From: Eledone cirrhosa
Lineage: Eukaryota
Assembly (NCBI GenBank): GCA_964016885.1
Contig: OZ024741.1
Span: 220,968,001-221,032,000, forward strand
DNA: 64,000 nt
Reading direction: 5' to 3'
A program made the position numbers and the translations under genes. The notes beneath the pieces were generated by a model. The model was not told the DNA's origin. It searched no databases and worked only from the letters and a program-made list of their open reading frames with translations. Shown piece by piece: positions 37,365-53,062 of the stretch. Numbering within the stretch: position 1 is the stretch's first letter; each line of letters starts with the position of its first letter.

Positions 37365-38215
37365 CAGAGAGAGAGAAAGACGAGTAGATTGAGATAGAGA
37401 GAGAGACAGGGACAGAGAGAGAGAGAGAGAGACAGAGAGAGAGAAGGACAAGGAGATTGACATAGAGAGAGAGAGTGAAAGAGAGAGAGAGAGAGTGAAA
37501 GAGAGAGAGAGAGTGAAAGAGAGAGAGAGAGTGAAAGAGAGAGAGAGAGAAAGTCAAATAGATTGAGATAGAGAGAGAGAGAGGGACAGAGAGAGAGACA
37601 GAGAGAGAGAAAGACAAGTAGATTGAGATAGAGAGAGAGGGGGACAGAGAGAGAGACAGAGAGAGAGAAAGACAAGTAGATTGAGATAGAGAGAGAGAAA
37701 GTCAAATAGATTAGGATACAGAGAGAGAGTGAAAGAGAGAGAGAGAGAAAGTCAAATAGATTGAGATAGAGAGAGAGGGACAGAGATAGAGACAGAGAGA
37801 GAGAAAGACAAGTAGATTGAGATAGAGAGAGAGAGGGGGATAGAGAGAGAGACAGAGAGAGAGAAAGACAACTAGATTGAGATAGAGAGAGAAAATCAAA
37901 TAGATTAGGATACAAAGAGAGAGTGAAAGAGAGAGAGAGAGAAAGTCAAATAGATTGAGATAGAGAGAGAGAGAGAGGGACAGAGAGAGAGACAGAGAGA
38001 GAGACAGAGAGAGAAAAAGACAAGTAGATTGAGATAGAGAGAGAGAGGGGGACAGAGAGAGAGACAGAGAGAGAGACAGAGAGAGAGAAAGACAACTAGA
38101 TTGAGATAGAGAGAGAGAGAAAGTCAAATAGATTAGGATACAGAGAGAGAGTGAAAGAGAGAGAGAGAGAGAGAAAGTCAAATAGATTGAGATAGAGAGA
38201 GAGAGAGTGAGGGAA
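37365..38215. repeat. GA-rich compound minisatellite
   Basis: Recurrent aaagtcaaa/aaagacaag-tagattgagatagagagag units. Confidence 0.9.
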
Positions 38216-38484
38216 AGACAGGTAAAGGGAGAGATAAGACAGATAGACATAGAAGAGAGAGAAATTAATAGGATCGGGATTAATGGAGGGCGTGACTAGG
38301 AAGCAGAGTTAAAGGAAGATTGGTAGATAATAGAAAGTGTGAAAGGGAGAAAGAGAGAAAGAATGAAAGAAAGAAAAGCAGAACAAAAGTCCATTTATGT
38401 GCGTGATCGGGGGGGGGGGTGAATCCCGGGTTCTAGTCCAGTAGAAGCCATTTCTATATTAAATTTCACACACACACACACACA

Positions 38485-38539
<55 letters not shown>

Positions 38540-38545
<6 letters not shown>

Positions 38546-39165
38546 GTTATATTTAATTTGTTGGGATACAACAAGCAAATATTTTTATAACTGATATAAA
38601 GCACTCAACAAATTATTGGAGTAAAAATACAATATATTAACAAATGGAAACTATATTTATAAAACTATATTTATTTCATTATACATATTTCAAGGACACC
38701 AAAGCAAATTATGGTGCGCTTTCATCAGATAAAATATAATATAGATCAGTTTTATAAACAAATATTGACATTCCCTTAAAGAATGCGACCATACCTGTTG
38801 GAAGCTCCCGGATAGTGGTGTTATTAATTTTATTATTGGTCTATTATGCAAATTGGTGTCGGAGAGGTTTAAATCCCGTACATTTAAATTAAGCAGTTGG
38901 AATAGGGAAAAAAGAAAAAGAAAAAGAAAAAGACACTAATTTGCATAATAGACCAATAATAAAATTAATAACCCCACTATCCGGGAGCTTCCAACCGACA
39001 TGGTCGCATTCTTTAAGGGTATGTCAATATTTGTTTATAAAACTGATCTATATTATATTTTATCTGATGAAAGCGCACCATAATTTGCTTTGGTGTCCTT
39101 GAAATATGTATAATGAAATAAATATGGTTTTATAAATATAGTTTCCATTTGTTAATATATTGTGT
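38540..39165. mobile_element. Family A fold-back element with two hammerheads (38672-38736 -, 39056-39120 +)
   Basis: ~235-bp inverted arms 38628-38860 / 38932-39164. Both cores are intact CTGATGA..GAAA. Confidence 0.88.
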
Positions 39166-39197
39166 ATATATATATATATATATATGTATATTATATG

Positions 39198-39276
<79 letters not shown>

Positions 39277-39829
39277 ATATATATATATATACATACATAC
39301 CTTAATGGGACACGGGTATACAATACCTAACTCCTATTAACCTAAGTATATATATAGAGAGAGAGGGTGTGTGTGTGTGTGTCTGTGTGTGAGAGAGAGA
39401 GTGAGAGAGAGAGAGTGTGTGTGTGTGTCTGTGTCTGAGAGAGAGAGTGAGAGAGAGAGAGAGTGGGTGTGTGTGTCTGTGTGTGAGAGAGAGAGTGAGA
39501 GAGAGAGAGAGTGGGTGTGTGTGTCTGTGTCTGTGTGTGAGAGAGCGCAAGAACAAGAGTGTGATAGAGGGAGTGAGGTAAATGTAGGGCGATAGAGAGA
39601 AAGAGAAAGAGAGAGAGTAAGACAGGGAAAGAGAAGAAGAGAGAGGAGGAGAGAAAGACAGGCTAAGAGAGAAAGAGAGAGGGAGAGAGAAAGACAGGGT
39701 AAGACAGAGAGAGAAAGAGAGAGGGAGAGAGAAAGACAGGGTAAGAGAGAGACGTTGGAAAAGAAATAAGTTTAATAGGAAGCTGGAAGACATTGGTGTG
39801 AATAAACTTTAAAAAATGACAGTATTTAT

Positions 39830-40022
39830 AGCAGTGAATTGGCAGTATGGGTAGAGGGTCGGACGCCATGCTTTGCAGCATAGAGTTACGGCCCTTTATA
39901 GTCTGAGTTCAAATCCCGCCGAGGTTAACTTTGCCTTTCATCCTTACGGGGTCGATAAAATAAAGTACCAGTAATGCACTGGGTAATTGCTGGCCTTGTG
40001 CCTAAAGTAGAAACAATTATTT
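39830..40022 (+). mobile_element. tRNA-derived SINE, full length
   Basis: A-box, B-box, central domain and gtagaaacaattatt tail. Confidence 0.88.
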
Positions 40023-40111
40023 ATAGTAGAAACAATTATTCACTGAAGGTCGACATTGAAAGGCAATGAACAAGCAATTAGCAGAGACATACATATATAT
40101 ATAGGATTACA

Positions 40112-40142
<31 letters not shown>

Positions 40143-40422
40143 GGTGGCTGCCAACTCGTCTTCGAGTACGGCCACTACTTTATATCCATGAAGGAGAACC
40201 CCTACCGATGCACTGAACAAGTGTGACTTTTTAGTCCAGCCAGCGACTTGAAAACTCTGGCACAAACACTACACTTGTGACAATTATTGACACATAGTGC
40301 TGGGCCTATGGTACCATGTGATGACAAGTGCAGAGAGATCTCCAGATATAAAGCAATGCCTGTGTCGTGAAGCTTTTATACATACATACATACATACATA
40401 CATACATACATACATACATACA

Positions 40423-40456
<34 letters not shown>

Positions 40457-40515
40457 CCTATGACTATATATATATATATATATATATACATATGCATATA
40501 TACATATATATTCAA

Positions 40516-40546
<31 letters not shown>

Positions 40547-40588
40547 CATGTATGTATATATGCATACACACACACATATATGTACATG

Positions 40589-40660
<72 letters not shown>

Positions 40661-41380
40661 GATAAATATATATATATATATACGTATATAAATGAAAGGT
40701 ATAGAAAGTATTGTAGCAAGAAGCCAACAGTATTCCATAATATATAAGTGACTATAGCGTCAAAATGGGAAAATAGTTAACGTAATATGTGGGAAAAATA
40801 ATTCAAAACTCAATTCAAAAAGAATCAGGATATAGATTTATCCAACAGAATTTAGTGAAATCCAGGGAAAAATCAATAGAGCCTTAACTCATGATAAAAT
40901 AAAGTTTAAAATACTCATCCTTCAATTTGGGACAACTACAAATGCTCTGTATAGTCTTGAAAAAGACTATTTCACGTAAACTTTCAGTGGAGATGGTCAC
41001 GGTTGGAATACGATCATCAGCAGAGCTCAACACGATAGCCAGATTCTCACTGATTAATATGCCAAAAAGGGAATTTAAAAGCAGGCTAGTTTAACATCAT
41101 GCGTGATTATGAAAATAAAACAGGGCTGGTGACGTCAGAATGAGACGAATGTTTGTTTACACACACACACACACACACACAGTCACATGAACAGACAAAC
41201 CTCTCCGCACCATCCCTGCCCACATGTATAAGTATATGTTACACAGACAGAATACATATAATTGAACAAATAGAACGATCATAATTAGTGTCAACTATGG
41301 TCTTTGAAGTGCTGCTACATCAGTTGAAGTTATCACACTTGCATCATGTTGATACACCATCACATAGATGTGTTGATTGT

Positions 41381-41487
<107 letters not shown>

Positions 41488-41776
41488 TAAATATGCATAT
41501 ATATATATATATATATACATATGTATATGTAGATAAATCTACCAAAATATACGGTAGTGTCCAATCCGTATGAAGAACTCAATGTAATCCACATATAGAA
41601 GATATCATGAAATGAGAAAATGCATTCAAAATTTAACGATAAAAATCATAGGAAAACAGAGTCAAGATAAATTAATAAAAGCAATGAAATAAAAACAAAG
41701 AACAGGTTCCTTATATTGAAAAATTCATCATTTATATTCTTTATCATTTATATTATTTAGCGTGCACTCCCAAATC

Positions 41777-41834
<58 letters not shown>

Positions 41835-41946
41835 AATATATATATGATATGTATATAAATATATATATATTATATATTATTGACTAACTATATGGAATGA
41901 CCAGTTCTATCCAGTGGTGAACCACCAAACTTAAGTATATACAATT

Positions 41947-42030
<84 letters not shown>

Positions 42031-42033
<3 letters not shown>

Positions 42034-43400
42034 AAGTGGTCTTTCTATTGGTGTTGTTGTTGGTGGTTTTGCCGGTGCTGGTGTTGGTTGTGGTCCTCGC
42101 CCCGGCGTCGGCAGCAGTGGAGCCTTTCGACTCCTTGCCTCTTTCAGCAGATGAGGGCAGAAGGCTCGCAAATGGGTTTTTTCCCCACAAACAAAACACT
42201 GCGGCCTTTTGCCTTCGGTCATAATGGGAATGACCGTCCCATTCTGAAGGCGGATGTGGTCCGGGATTGTCTTCATATTCTCGGGCCTGATCTGGAGAAG
42301 TATCTCCGGTCAACCCCGGACCAGTCCTCTCTGGCCGTTCTGGTCACTTCTATAGAGACTGTATCCGTCCCCTCCACAATCACACATCCCAGAAGCCACC
42401 ACATGTCAAGTCCTGGTGGGATTCTGGGAATGCGGAGACGGGCCGTTCTTTTTCCCATGTGGGAGGGGTACATTATGACCTTGCTGGTTTTGCAAGGAGT
42501 CATAGCGTGTTTCATAGCGAGGGCTTCTGACTTGAACAACACCGAAATGGTGCCGTACTGTCTGCCCCTCTCTATGTACTGGGTGTCTTCTCTGATGCAC
42601 CTCAGCGCGACTTCGATATCTTCTTGTGGGATTAAAGCTGCCCTTTTGGTTTATGCTGAGATGCATCTATAATGCACCGTTTTGCGCTCCACTGCCTCAA
42701 TAGCTTCTGCCAGGACAGTTAAGTTGGCCCAAGTTTGCTCTTGCTTGATGAGCTTCCATGCCTGGGCCAACTTTTCATCTTTGTTTGAGAGGTCCATGTT
42801 GAAGCATGGCCTCTTTTTTGCTGCTGCCGCAGCGAAAGTGTTCTTCTTGTCTTCGTTGGGGGTTTTGTTGTCGTTGTTCTTGTTGGTGTTGTTGTTAGCA
42901 CTGTCGCTGTCATCATTGTTGTCTTTGTTGTCACCGTTGTTCTCGGTGCAGTTGGTATTGTTGCTGTTGTGTTGTCGCTATTTGTTTTCATGTTAGTGGT
43001 GTTGATATTGTTGTTGTATTTGTTATTATTTTTTTTTTGTTATCTGTATTTTCGTTGTCGCTGTTACTGTCATTTTTTTCAAAATTAGTGTTCTTATTGG
43101 TATCATTGGTGTCTTTGTTTACCTTGTTTGTGGTGGTGTTTGTGTTATCAATGTGTGTTAATTTCGCTGTAGCGCTCCTCTCAACTCCTACGTCGTTGTC
43201 GCACGACAGCCGGCATATCGCTGGGAGGCGTGGCTCAGCCATGTTTTTTTTTCTTCGTAAATTTTTTAACGTTAAAAAAAGTTCAAATATTTGGGCCAAA
43301 AGGCCCAAATATTATACTTTCCCCTTCACGGGGCAAAGAAATATTTAACAACAAATAATTTTAACAGGCAAATAAAACGACTTACTGTGAGCGAGCAAAA
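42031..43400 (-). mobile_element. L1/Tx1 LINE 5' part: frameshifted ORF1 with CCHC zinc knuckle
   Basis: Fragments 42988-43242, 42719-42991, 42273-42542 and 42031-42276 give a low-complexity T/N-rich N-terminus, 'EGKRPQCFVCGEKTHLRAFCP' (CX2CX4HX4C) and a Pro-rich tail. Confidence 0.75.
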
Positions 43401-43411
43401 TACGTCCGCTA

Positions 43412-43505
43412 GACCAATAATAATAATAATTGGAAGGCGTGAAGATCAAGAGAGGTATCTTCCAGGGAGATAGTCTGTCCCCTCTGTTGTTTGTCCTTTC
43501 CCGGA
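43412..43505 (+). mobile_element. R4/Dong-like RT fragment after (TAA)n
   Basis: Translates VKIKRGIFQGDSLSPLLFVLS (RT motif QGD.LSP). Confidence 0.7.
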
Positions 43506-43923
43506 TTCCCCTTGTCACCTGCACTTCCTCCTTGACCAAGTTCCACTGCTTCATCCTGGAGATGAATGCTTAAAACACAACTTACCCTTTATATAGGGTG
43601 CGAAAATCCAGTATCAATAAATCTCTTTAATCCACTTTTTAACAATTTTATACTTTATTGCACTTTTATAATTTTCTTTAGGTATTACTCTTTATTTTAT
43701 CATTTTAATTTAACCTGAAACATATATAAAAATCATTTAACATAAGCATATAAACTTACATACAACGTAAAATCCAGCATACAAATAATTCTAGCTTAGA
43801 ATGTTTACAAGCCCAAACTTTTAACTGTTTAATAGCACTTTTTTATTTATTTTGGACCTAAGCAACACAAAAAAAGTGATTATAAGCCAGGAACAGAGAA
43901 AAGAAAATGTTTGTTACACGGTG

Positions 43924-44497
43924 TAATTTACAGAAGGAGGCTTTTATGAAAAAGTTTAAGTGTATTATAGATAAAGTTTCAGGGTAGAATATAGAGTAAA
44001 GATTAAGCCCATGCTTAGCGGTCATAAACCAGCTGTTTCGCCCTGGGACCCTTTCAGACTTGGAATCCGCCGTGTAACCGGTTATTGACCGCCAAACAGT
44101 AGCTTTAAATTCTAGGCTTAATCATAACTTTTAATTTTATCATGCCTCCTTTACTAGCACTCAACTCAATCCCACACCTGTGTGAATAACTAGTAATCGT
44201 TTGGTATATACGATAGTCATCCGACGGTGGCGGACTTCCCGCTAACACACCCGACGCTTAAGACAGTTACATTCCTGGAGTGCACGGGAAAATATATTTC
44301 CCTTTCTTTCGCTAGACGAAAATACTCGGAACGGTTGACACGGCGTTGGGCTCCGGGCTGGCCGGGGTCCGTAACGTCGCTGGTTAATGACCGCTAAACA
44401 TGGGTTTAATCTTTATTCTATATTCTACCCTGAAACTTTATCGTGACTATCTATAATACACTTAAACATTTTCATAAAAGCCTCCTTCTGTAAATTA
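43924..44497. mobile_element. Element with ~110-bp inverted termini and decayed hammerhead (44025-44060 -)
   Basis: 43924-44033 matches the reverse complement of 44379-44497. Minus strand CTGAAAG..gggc-GAAACAGCTG. Confidence 0.65.
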
Positions 44498-44939
44498 TTT
44501 AACTAAATCTCACAACTTTAAACCTAAATCTTACTTTTCTAATTTCATCTTAAATGGCATCTTTTAACTCTAAACATAAATTTAACGTTTCTAATTGTTA
44601 ATCGTAATTTCTGACCCTACAATATACTGTGCAGACGCCCACTATATATTACTATATATAGATTTGTTAAAGATATATGCTTTTTGAAAACATATTTTTC
44701 GCGGCACTTTCTAGCACACCTGACCAGCTTGAAAGTAACTTGATCTCACCGCTGGCCTCTGTCTGTGACGGGGTGGTAGTAGAAAACTATAAGCCTACGC
44801 CCCTTCACCAGAAGGACATAAGAAGACTTAATAATCATCACTCGAGGGCGGCTGACCGGGCTAGAAGCTGCTAAATGTTCGGCCGCCCTCATGTTTATGC
44901 TTTTCAGCCCCATGGATTTTATCTATTATATTCCTTTCT

Positions 44940-45200
44940 TATATTTCGAATACCTGATGATGTCACCGGACTCATACTGAACCCAGTTATTGAAATGATC
45001 ATAGTATAATAAACCTTTTAAGGAATTACACCAGTCCAACCTCCTGTTATTTTATAATAATTAACTCCGTACTCGCACCACCAACAATACAAACGAAGAC
45101 AGGTGAGTTGCATTACGTCAAGGGCTCTCCCTAATATTACATCGAGATTGACCATACGGAATGATCAGTTCTATCCAGTGGTGAACCAACGAACCTAAAT
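44940..45200 (+). mobile_element. Family C second copy with hammerhead 44950-45007
   Basis: atac-CTGATGA...GAAAtgatcATA-gtat, highly similar to 19435-19695. Confidence 0.8.
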
Positions 45201-45357
45201 AAATAAATAAATATATATATATATATAAGTTTATCCCGGGTTCAATTGGGGGCAACCACAGTAAGTAAGGTACTCAATACAAAGCAGAGTATAAATATTT
45301 CATATAGAAAAGCTTCTACAGGACCAGAACTGTTTCATTCGTGAGAAATATATATAC

Positions 45358-45643
<286 letters not shown>

Positions 45644-45669
45644 ATATATATATTTATATATATATATAT

Positions 45670-45890
45670 GACAAGAGTCAGGACCCCGACGGCTGAGCTC
45701 CGGTCGTTTCGATAGCTAGATCTGCACCACTAGCTCGAATCCGAACTTAGTTCGGATCTAGTTTTCGAAACGGCCGGAGCTCAGTCGTCGGGGTCCTGAC
45801 TCTTCTCCTATTACCCCCTCTACTACCCTAAGTATCGAATACTCTGGTGCGTTATGGTCCACCTGGTTCCTTACCACACTTTCTTTGTTA
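45670..45890 (+). mobile_element. Family F fold-back fragment
   Basis: agagtcaggaccccgacggctgagctccggtcgtttcga / tcgaaacggccggagctcagtcgtcggggtcctgactct, plus the family F 3' tail. Confidence 0.8.
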
Positions 45891-45892
45891 TA

Positions 45893-45921
<29 letters not shown>

Positions 45922-45923
<2 letters not shown>

Positions 45924-46285
45924 GTAAAAGGTAAACAGAAATAACAACACAATCGGTACAGTATATGGAAGGGATATATTAAGTTAACGCTTGATATTGC
46001 AGGAAGAACGTCTTAATGTTTCGAACGCTAGTCCTTCTTCAGAAGAACGAATGGGAAATAAAATAGATGGAGGGGACGGGCGGGTTGGAATTGGAAAAAA
46101 TGTCTTTAGATAAAAATAATAGGTTGACATCTCTTGCAAAACTGTTGGTGCTGGCGTTTTGTGTATGATTTTTTTTTTTTAGAGAAGTAGATGATGAAGC
46201 GCGTCTACCTGAAATGAAAAAAAAAACGTTTTGTACTTCCATATACTGTACCGATTGTGTTGTCATTTCTGTTTACCTTTTACAT
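45922..46285. mobile_element. Element with ~50-bp inverted termini and minimal hammerhead 46011-46046 (-)
   Basis: tctt-CTGAAGA-aggac tagc gttc-GAAACATT-aaga. A related decayed copy lies at 4735-4850(-). Confidence 0.65.
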
Positions 46286-46434
46286 ATATATATATATATC
46301 AACGCTTACGTGGACCTCTCAAAATTCGTTGGATTTTCTAATTGGATTTTCATCCCGAAACTGGATACCAACCCGGAGTACACTTGAATTTCTACCAGGA
46401 AATCTTTCGTATCATTGAAATTTTCTTTGCTTCT

Positions 46435-46468
<34 letters not shown>

Positions 46469-46833
46469 AATATAGATATATAGATATATATATGTATAAA
46501 GTAATTATCTCCCTTGCTACACTCTCTATCTAGCTATACGAGAGAACAGAACAGTCTTATGTTTTCCGTATACTCTTTATTATTAAGTTATGACTACTTC
46601 ACCTCCATCTGTCATTTAATAAAACTGTTGTCATTAAATACTGTCCTACTCCCACATATTTTACTTTTCATTGAAATTTGTCTGTTAACTCTAGAAACTT
46701 CTAATAAAATAAACTTTTTACGATGTATATATGTATGCATACATCCTTATTTATATATGTATGTATGCGTGTACCTATATGTACAAACACTCATACATAC
46801 ATACATACATACATACATACATACATACATACA

Positions 46834-46864
<31 letters not shown>

Positions 46865-47779
46865 GTACTTACACACATACATATGTACATACATATATAC
46901 ATACGTACATACATACATATGTACGTTCATACATTCTAACTGCATATACACATGTATACAAAGCATATATACATGCACACATACAACTCAAAACATACAC
47001 ATCCACACATACAATAACATCCATATCTACACATGCATACATACATAATCTACCTAGTTGATGTTGTGTAAATTCCAATGAGAGAGTCTTGTTTCTATGA
47101 TAGAAACCGACTCTCTCTCTATTGGTAAAACTTCGTGAAATTATAAAACCAGAAGAATATACCTATATTCATATACATATATTCATACGTACATACATAA
47201 AAACATGTGTGAAATTATAAAACCAGAAGAACATACATACATACATAGTGGCTGCCAATTCGTTTTCGAGTACGGCCACTACTTTATATCCATGTAGGAG
47301 AACTCCTACCGATGCGCTGAACGAGTGTGAAAACTCTGGTACAAACACTACACTTGTGACAATTATTGACACATAGTGCTGGGCCCATGGTACCATGTGA
47401 CGACAAGTGCAGAGAGATCTCCAGATATAAAGCAATGCCTGTGCCGTGAAGCTTTTATAGTGAGCAAAGGCACTGCACAAAGCCAGTCCCACTCTCTTAA
47501 CCAAGATGATATTTACCAAAAAGAACATACATACATACATACATACATACATACATACATACATACATACATACATACATACATACATACATGTGTCCTT
47601 GAGCAAGATATTTTATTTTACGTTGCTCCGGTCAACACATCTGCCAAACATGCATTTTACTTGTTACACAATCTGTTGCACTGAATCTCCCTGAGGACTA
47701 TGTTAAGAGTACGTATATCTATGAGATGCTCTGCCACTTACACGTTACGTTCACATGTAGGTTGCTCTGTTAATAATTA

Positions 47780-48197
47780 TTTATACTTTAGGCATAAGGC
47801 CAACCATTTTGAGGGAGGAGAAAGTCGAGTAAATCGACCCCAGTGTATTACTGGTACTTTATTTTATCAACCCCGTAAGGATGGCAGACAAAGCTAACCT
47901 CGGCGGGATTTGAACTCAGAACATAAAGGGACAGAATTCTATGTAGCAAACCATATTGTCTTACGCTCAACTGATACTGCCAATAATAAAAATGATTGTA
48001 ATAATAATAATTGTTTCTACTTTTGGCTCAAGACCAGCAATTATCCCAGTACATTACTGGTACTTTATTTTATAGACCCCGTAAGGATGAAAGGCAAAGT
48101 TAATCTCGACGGCATTTGAACTCAGACCGTAAAGGGACGTAACTATGCTAGAAAGCATTGCGTCCAACCCTCTACCGATACTGCCAATTCACCGCTC
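47780..48197 (-). mobile_element. Two tandem tRNA-SINE copies
   Basis: Reverse-complement SINE bodies. Confidence 0.82.
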
Positions 48198-48229
48198 TTA
48201 TAGTAATTGTCATCTTCGTTACTCACTTA

Positions 48230-48575
48230 TTTCTGAGAGGGCTGTGAGGGCAGAGTCCTCAAATATGCCTTTTAGCGGGTCCTGTCAGAAACAACCTTCT
48301 CCAAATGATTCTTCTGGATACCCAAATAAGAACAATCTAGTTCATGAATGTTATCCAACCATCTTGCTGGGGACCTACTCCTGGGGCTCCAGTCGGTTGA
48401 TTTTGTCCGTAAAATTTGTCCAGGGATACTGTCCTTCTATATTATAACTACTTGTCCATAGTGCTGGAGTTGTTATCTTTCAAATCGGAGAAGTAACTAT
48501 TCTCCCTGGAGCGATTTCCTGATTTTCGAGCTACGCACCCTATCGAGTAACTTTACTCCAAAGACTCTTCGGAGG
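48230..48575 (-). mobile_element. RTE-clade LINE 3' fragment
   Basis: Minus strand GVKLLDRVRSSKIRKSL...HYGQV...RWLDNI. Homologous to 61598-61760(-) and 62025-62135(+). Confidence 0.65.
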
Positions 48576-49299
48576 AACCCTATTTCTTTACTAACACCGA
48601 ATTAAAAATAACGACTTTGGCCTTTACACCTACCCCCCTTTATCTGATAATCGAACGCTGACTGCTGCATTATTGCACCAGCTCTTGCAATTGTTGCATT
48701 TAAACTAGCCTCCTGTCTGCTATCACTTGTGAACACGGCCCCGAATTACTTCTCCACCTGCTTCAGTGTAAGTACGGTAACATGCGGGGTACACAGCAAA
48801 AGGTTTCTCGGGAGGACAAGTGTCTCAGTTTTCATAGCACTTATTTTCAAACATTTATCTATTCAATTATTAAACGCAGAACACTAATACATTTATGTCT
48901 GCAATACCATATGTGTAAAAGACACAAAAGCTAGGAAACTGGTTATTGTTAATGAAACTCTTGTATTCAGGAATAACTTTCTTTTATGTTTGTTTGCTCG
49001 TTTGTTTTCTGTATGTAACTACTTTTTAGTGGGTGGCAAATCTTTTACACAAAAAATTATCTGATTTAACCATTTGCTAGTTGGAAATTTCACAACGAAT
49101 ATCGATGGAAGTATCTGCAGGAAATCACCATTTTTTAGCTTTTGTTCAAAATTACAAAATTAATAATAGGACATTATATTTATCTGAAAGACAAAGATCA
49201 CACATTCTGGATCCGCCAATGATGGGAGACGACTCCTCTATAATGGACCAATTAATTTTATAACTCTTAATATTATTACTCTTTAACCTAAGAGCAGTT

Positions 49300-49508
49300 G
49301 CTTGGCAGAATCGGTAGAGCGTCAGACATCATGCTTCGTGGCATAGAGTTACGGACTTTTCAAATTCTGCCGAAGTTAGATTTGTCTTTCATCCTTATGG
49401 AATCAATAAAATGAGGTACCAATGACGCACTGGACTAGGTTGAAGGGGAAACGACTTTCCCCATCCCCAAAAGTGTTGGCCTTGTGCCTAAACCAGAAAC
49501 CATTATTG
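49300..49508 (+). mobile_element. tRNA-derived SINE
   Basis: TGGCAGAATCGG head and central domain. Confidence 0.75.
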
Positions 49509-50237
49509 CTCTTTAACCAGTGTGTGTGTGTGTATGTGTGTGTGTGTGCGTTTGAATATATACGTACTGTTGCAAGAATCTTTACGATATTCTCGCTATA
49601 TATATATATATGTGTGTGTGTGTGTATGTATGTGTGTGTCTGTGTGCGTGTGTGAACACATTAAAAAAACTCACAAAGTAATATTTATTGGGAAATATCC
49701 AACTACTAACTCACTAAAGTAGTTTATTTCATACGTGATTGATTTGCTATACGGTGGAAATTGATCACATATGGAAAGAAAATATAAACATTCAGTTATT
49801 TAGCAATACTAAAACATACTAAAAAATACTTTGCTTGTCTGTATTTTACACGTATGATACTAGGAAACATGAAAACATAACATGTTTTTGCATGTAAGTA
49901 GATGAATATATTACATATTCTGCATATGACAATTGAAAAGATGAATGTATAATGTATTTTCTAATGCTCGAGTATGGAATCGAATAAAATATCATGATTT
50001 ATCATATGTTCGAGTGTTTATAAATATTTTTGCTCACGTAATGTGGGTTGCTTCCCTTCTTTAGACGTTTGATTGATCAGAAAGGTGAAACTCGGAGTAT
50101 CGATTGAAGAAATTTCAACTAATAAAATACGCACTCACACACATGTGTATACATACACATCCATAGACATCCATACACATACGCACACCTACGCACTCAA
50201 AATTTTATTTCGATGCTGGATGGGTTTATAAGAGAAG

Positions 50238-50287
<50 letters not shown>

Positions 50288-50723
50288 TAGAGCAACCGTA
50301 ACTTGTTGGGTCACGTTCACTTCAAAAGAATTTAAAAAAAAATTAAAATATACACATACATATATATAATGTCAAATGAAACTGGAAGACCCATATATAT
50401 ACGTGTGTGTATGTATATATATATAAATATGTGTGTTTATATATACATATATATATATATATTTCGTTTCTGAATTTGTTTAGCAAGATTTTTTATCTGA
50501 TAACGTGTGTTGAAACCGATATTGTTATGCGATATTGTTAATATTGTTAATTTTTGAAAAGCATTAGAAATGCGCAACCGGTAAAACTTAAAACCAAAAC
50601 TGAATACTAACCAATACTATTACTAATTTTCACTTATTCCTAATTAAACTATTTTTCACTGTGAACAATTTGTCAGCATTTTCTTTTCCGTATCATAACT
50701 CGTCTGTTACACCTCTATTCTTT

Positions 50724-50762
<39 letters not shown>

Positions 50763-50912
50763 GAGAAAAGAGAACAATCAGTGATGCATCTGAAATCAAT
50801 TTATTGTGTGTTACAATTGTTTCGCCGGCGGACAGCTCGAGACACGATCATTGTGTGGATCTGTCTGATTCTGGACCCGCAGGTTCAATGGGCAAGTCTA
50901 ATGATTTAGTAC

Positions 50913-51004
<92 letters not shown>

Positions 51005-51155
51005 ATGAAAGCACCGATTCTTTGCTTAAACTTTAATCTGTTATTTTAATAAATAAATATATATACATATATATATACACAATATATTAACAAATGGAAA
51101 CTATATTTATAAAACAATATTTATTTCATTATACATATTTCAAGGACACCATAGG

Positions 51156-51203
<48 letters not shown>

Positions 51204-51291
51204 CCTATATAGATTGACTTTGTTAGTTTCAGAAATTCCCGTTAAGGGTGAAAGCAGCGATTCTTTGCTTAAACTTTAATCTGTTAATTTA

Positions 51292-51380
<89 letters not shown>

Positions 51381-51394
51381 AGAATTATAATTAA

Positions 51395-51535
51395 GATCAT
51401 TATTCATTAGAGTACTCGATACTTAGGATACTAGGGTGTAAATATAAGAGAGTCGTGGCCCGGCGCCTTCTTGACGTTTTAACACCAAATCCCAGACAGA
51501 ATTTGGTGTAAAAGAACTCAATCGTCAGGCCTCTA
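51395..51535 (-). mobile_element. Family F relative with canonical CTGACGA core (decayed 3' half)
   Basis: Minus strand CTGACGA..acaccaaat/atttggtgt..AAAACgtc..ggcgccgggcc, with the shared tail cctaagtatcgagtactct. Confidence 0.55.
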
Positions 51536-51569
51536 TTATATCTATCTATATATATATATAGATATATAT

Positions 51570-51648
<79 letters not shown>

Positions 51649-51840
51649 TATATTAAAGAACATATTTTTTATTTATTATTAAACCTGAACAAAGGGAGTT
51701 AATATTATATTGTATGTATATATCGATATATATATATATATATATACGCAGACACATATATGCATATGTCTATATATATATGCATATATGCATATATCCA
51801 TAAATATATTTATTTATCTATCTATCTATCTCTCTCTCTC

Positions 51841-51927
<87 letters not shown>

Positions 51928-52156
51928 ATGTATGCATGTATATATATTCGCAGAATATCAGTTTGTTTCTGTTTATTTAATTTCTCAGGCAAGGCCAAAA
52001 TATCTTTCGTATTTTCTAAAGGAAATTTCTTTTCTTCGCTGCACCGTGTTACGTTTCCCTAAGCAGGGCAACATATGTATATATACATATACATACATAT
52101 ACATACACACACACACACATACACACACACACACACACACACATACAAACACACAC

Positions 52157-52189
<33 letters not shown>

Positions 52190-52257
52190 CATATATATAT
52201 ACATATACATACATATATGTATATATATATATGTACTCATTGAATCTTGTTTAACTC

Positions 52258-52324
<67 letters not shown>

Positions 52325-52529
52325 GTTCTAATAAATCTGTCTTCGATATACCACCTTACCTCGCTTCGTCTTCTGCCACACTCCCTCCGTGCCCACCTCG
52401 CCCCACACTCCACGTCTGTTCTTTAACTCAAACACGTTCGAATTTAATGTGATATATAGCGTATATCTGTTTGAACCTCTGTCGTCTTTGAACTTCTCTG
52501 TCGACTCTCTATGTATATACATATATTTA

Positions 52530-52611
<82 letters not shown>

Positions 52612-52695
52612 GTATATATATATATATAAATGGAAAAAATGAAAAGAAGTTTCATTTCTCACTCTTAGTACGGCTGTTACGTGTATATATATATA

Positions 52696-52737
<42 letters not shown>

Positions 52738-52762
52738 TACATACATACATATATATATATAT

Positions 52763-52830
<68 letters not shown>

Positions 52831-52839
52831 TATATATAT

Positions 52840-52966
52840 AAAGGTAGACATATAGGAAAATAAAATAGGATAGAATCATAAGATTTTAAAGAACTTGAAA
52901 TTATTTATTTATTACTAAACCTGAACAAGCCGAGTTAAGATTATATACATACATATATACATACAT

Positions 52967-53062
<96 letters not shown>

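Noticed and set aside
40720-41050. Possible decayed GIY-YIG coding remnant
   Set aside because: Only vague similarity across frameshifts; it needs a profile search.
48620-48830. Possible host exon ending at GTAAGT (also 14300-14480 on minus and 54700-54910)
   Set aside because: No recognisable protein similarity or consistent exon chain, so it cannot be supported without RNA-seq.
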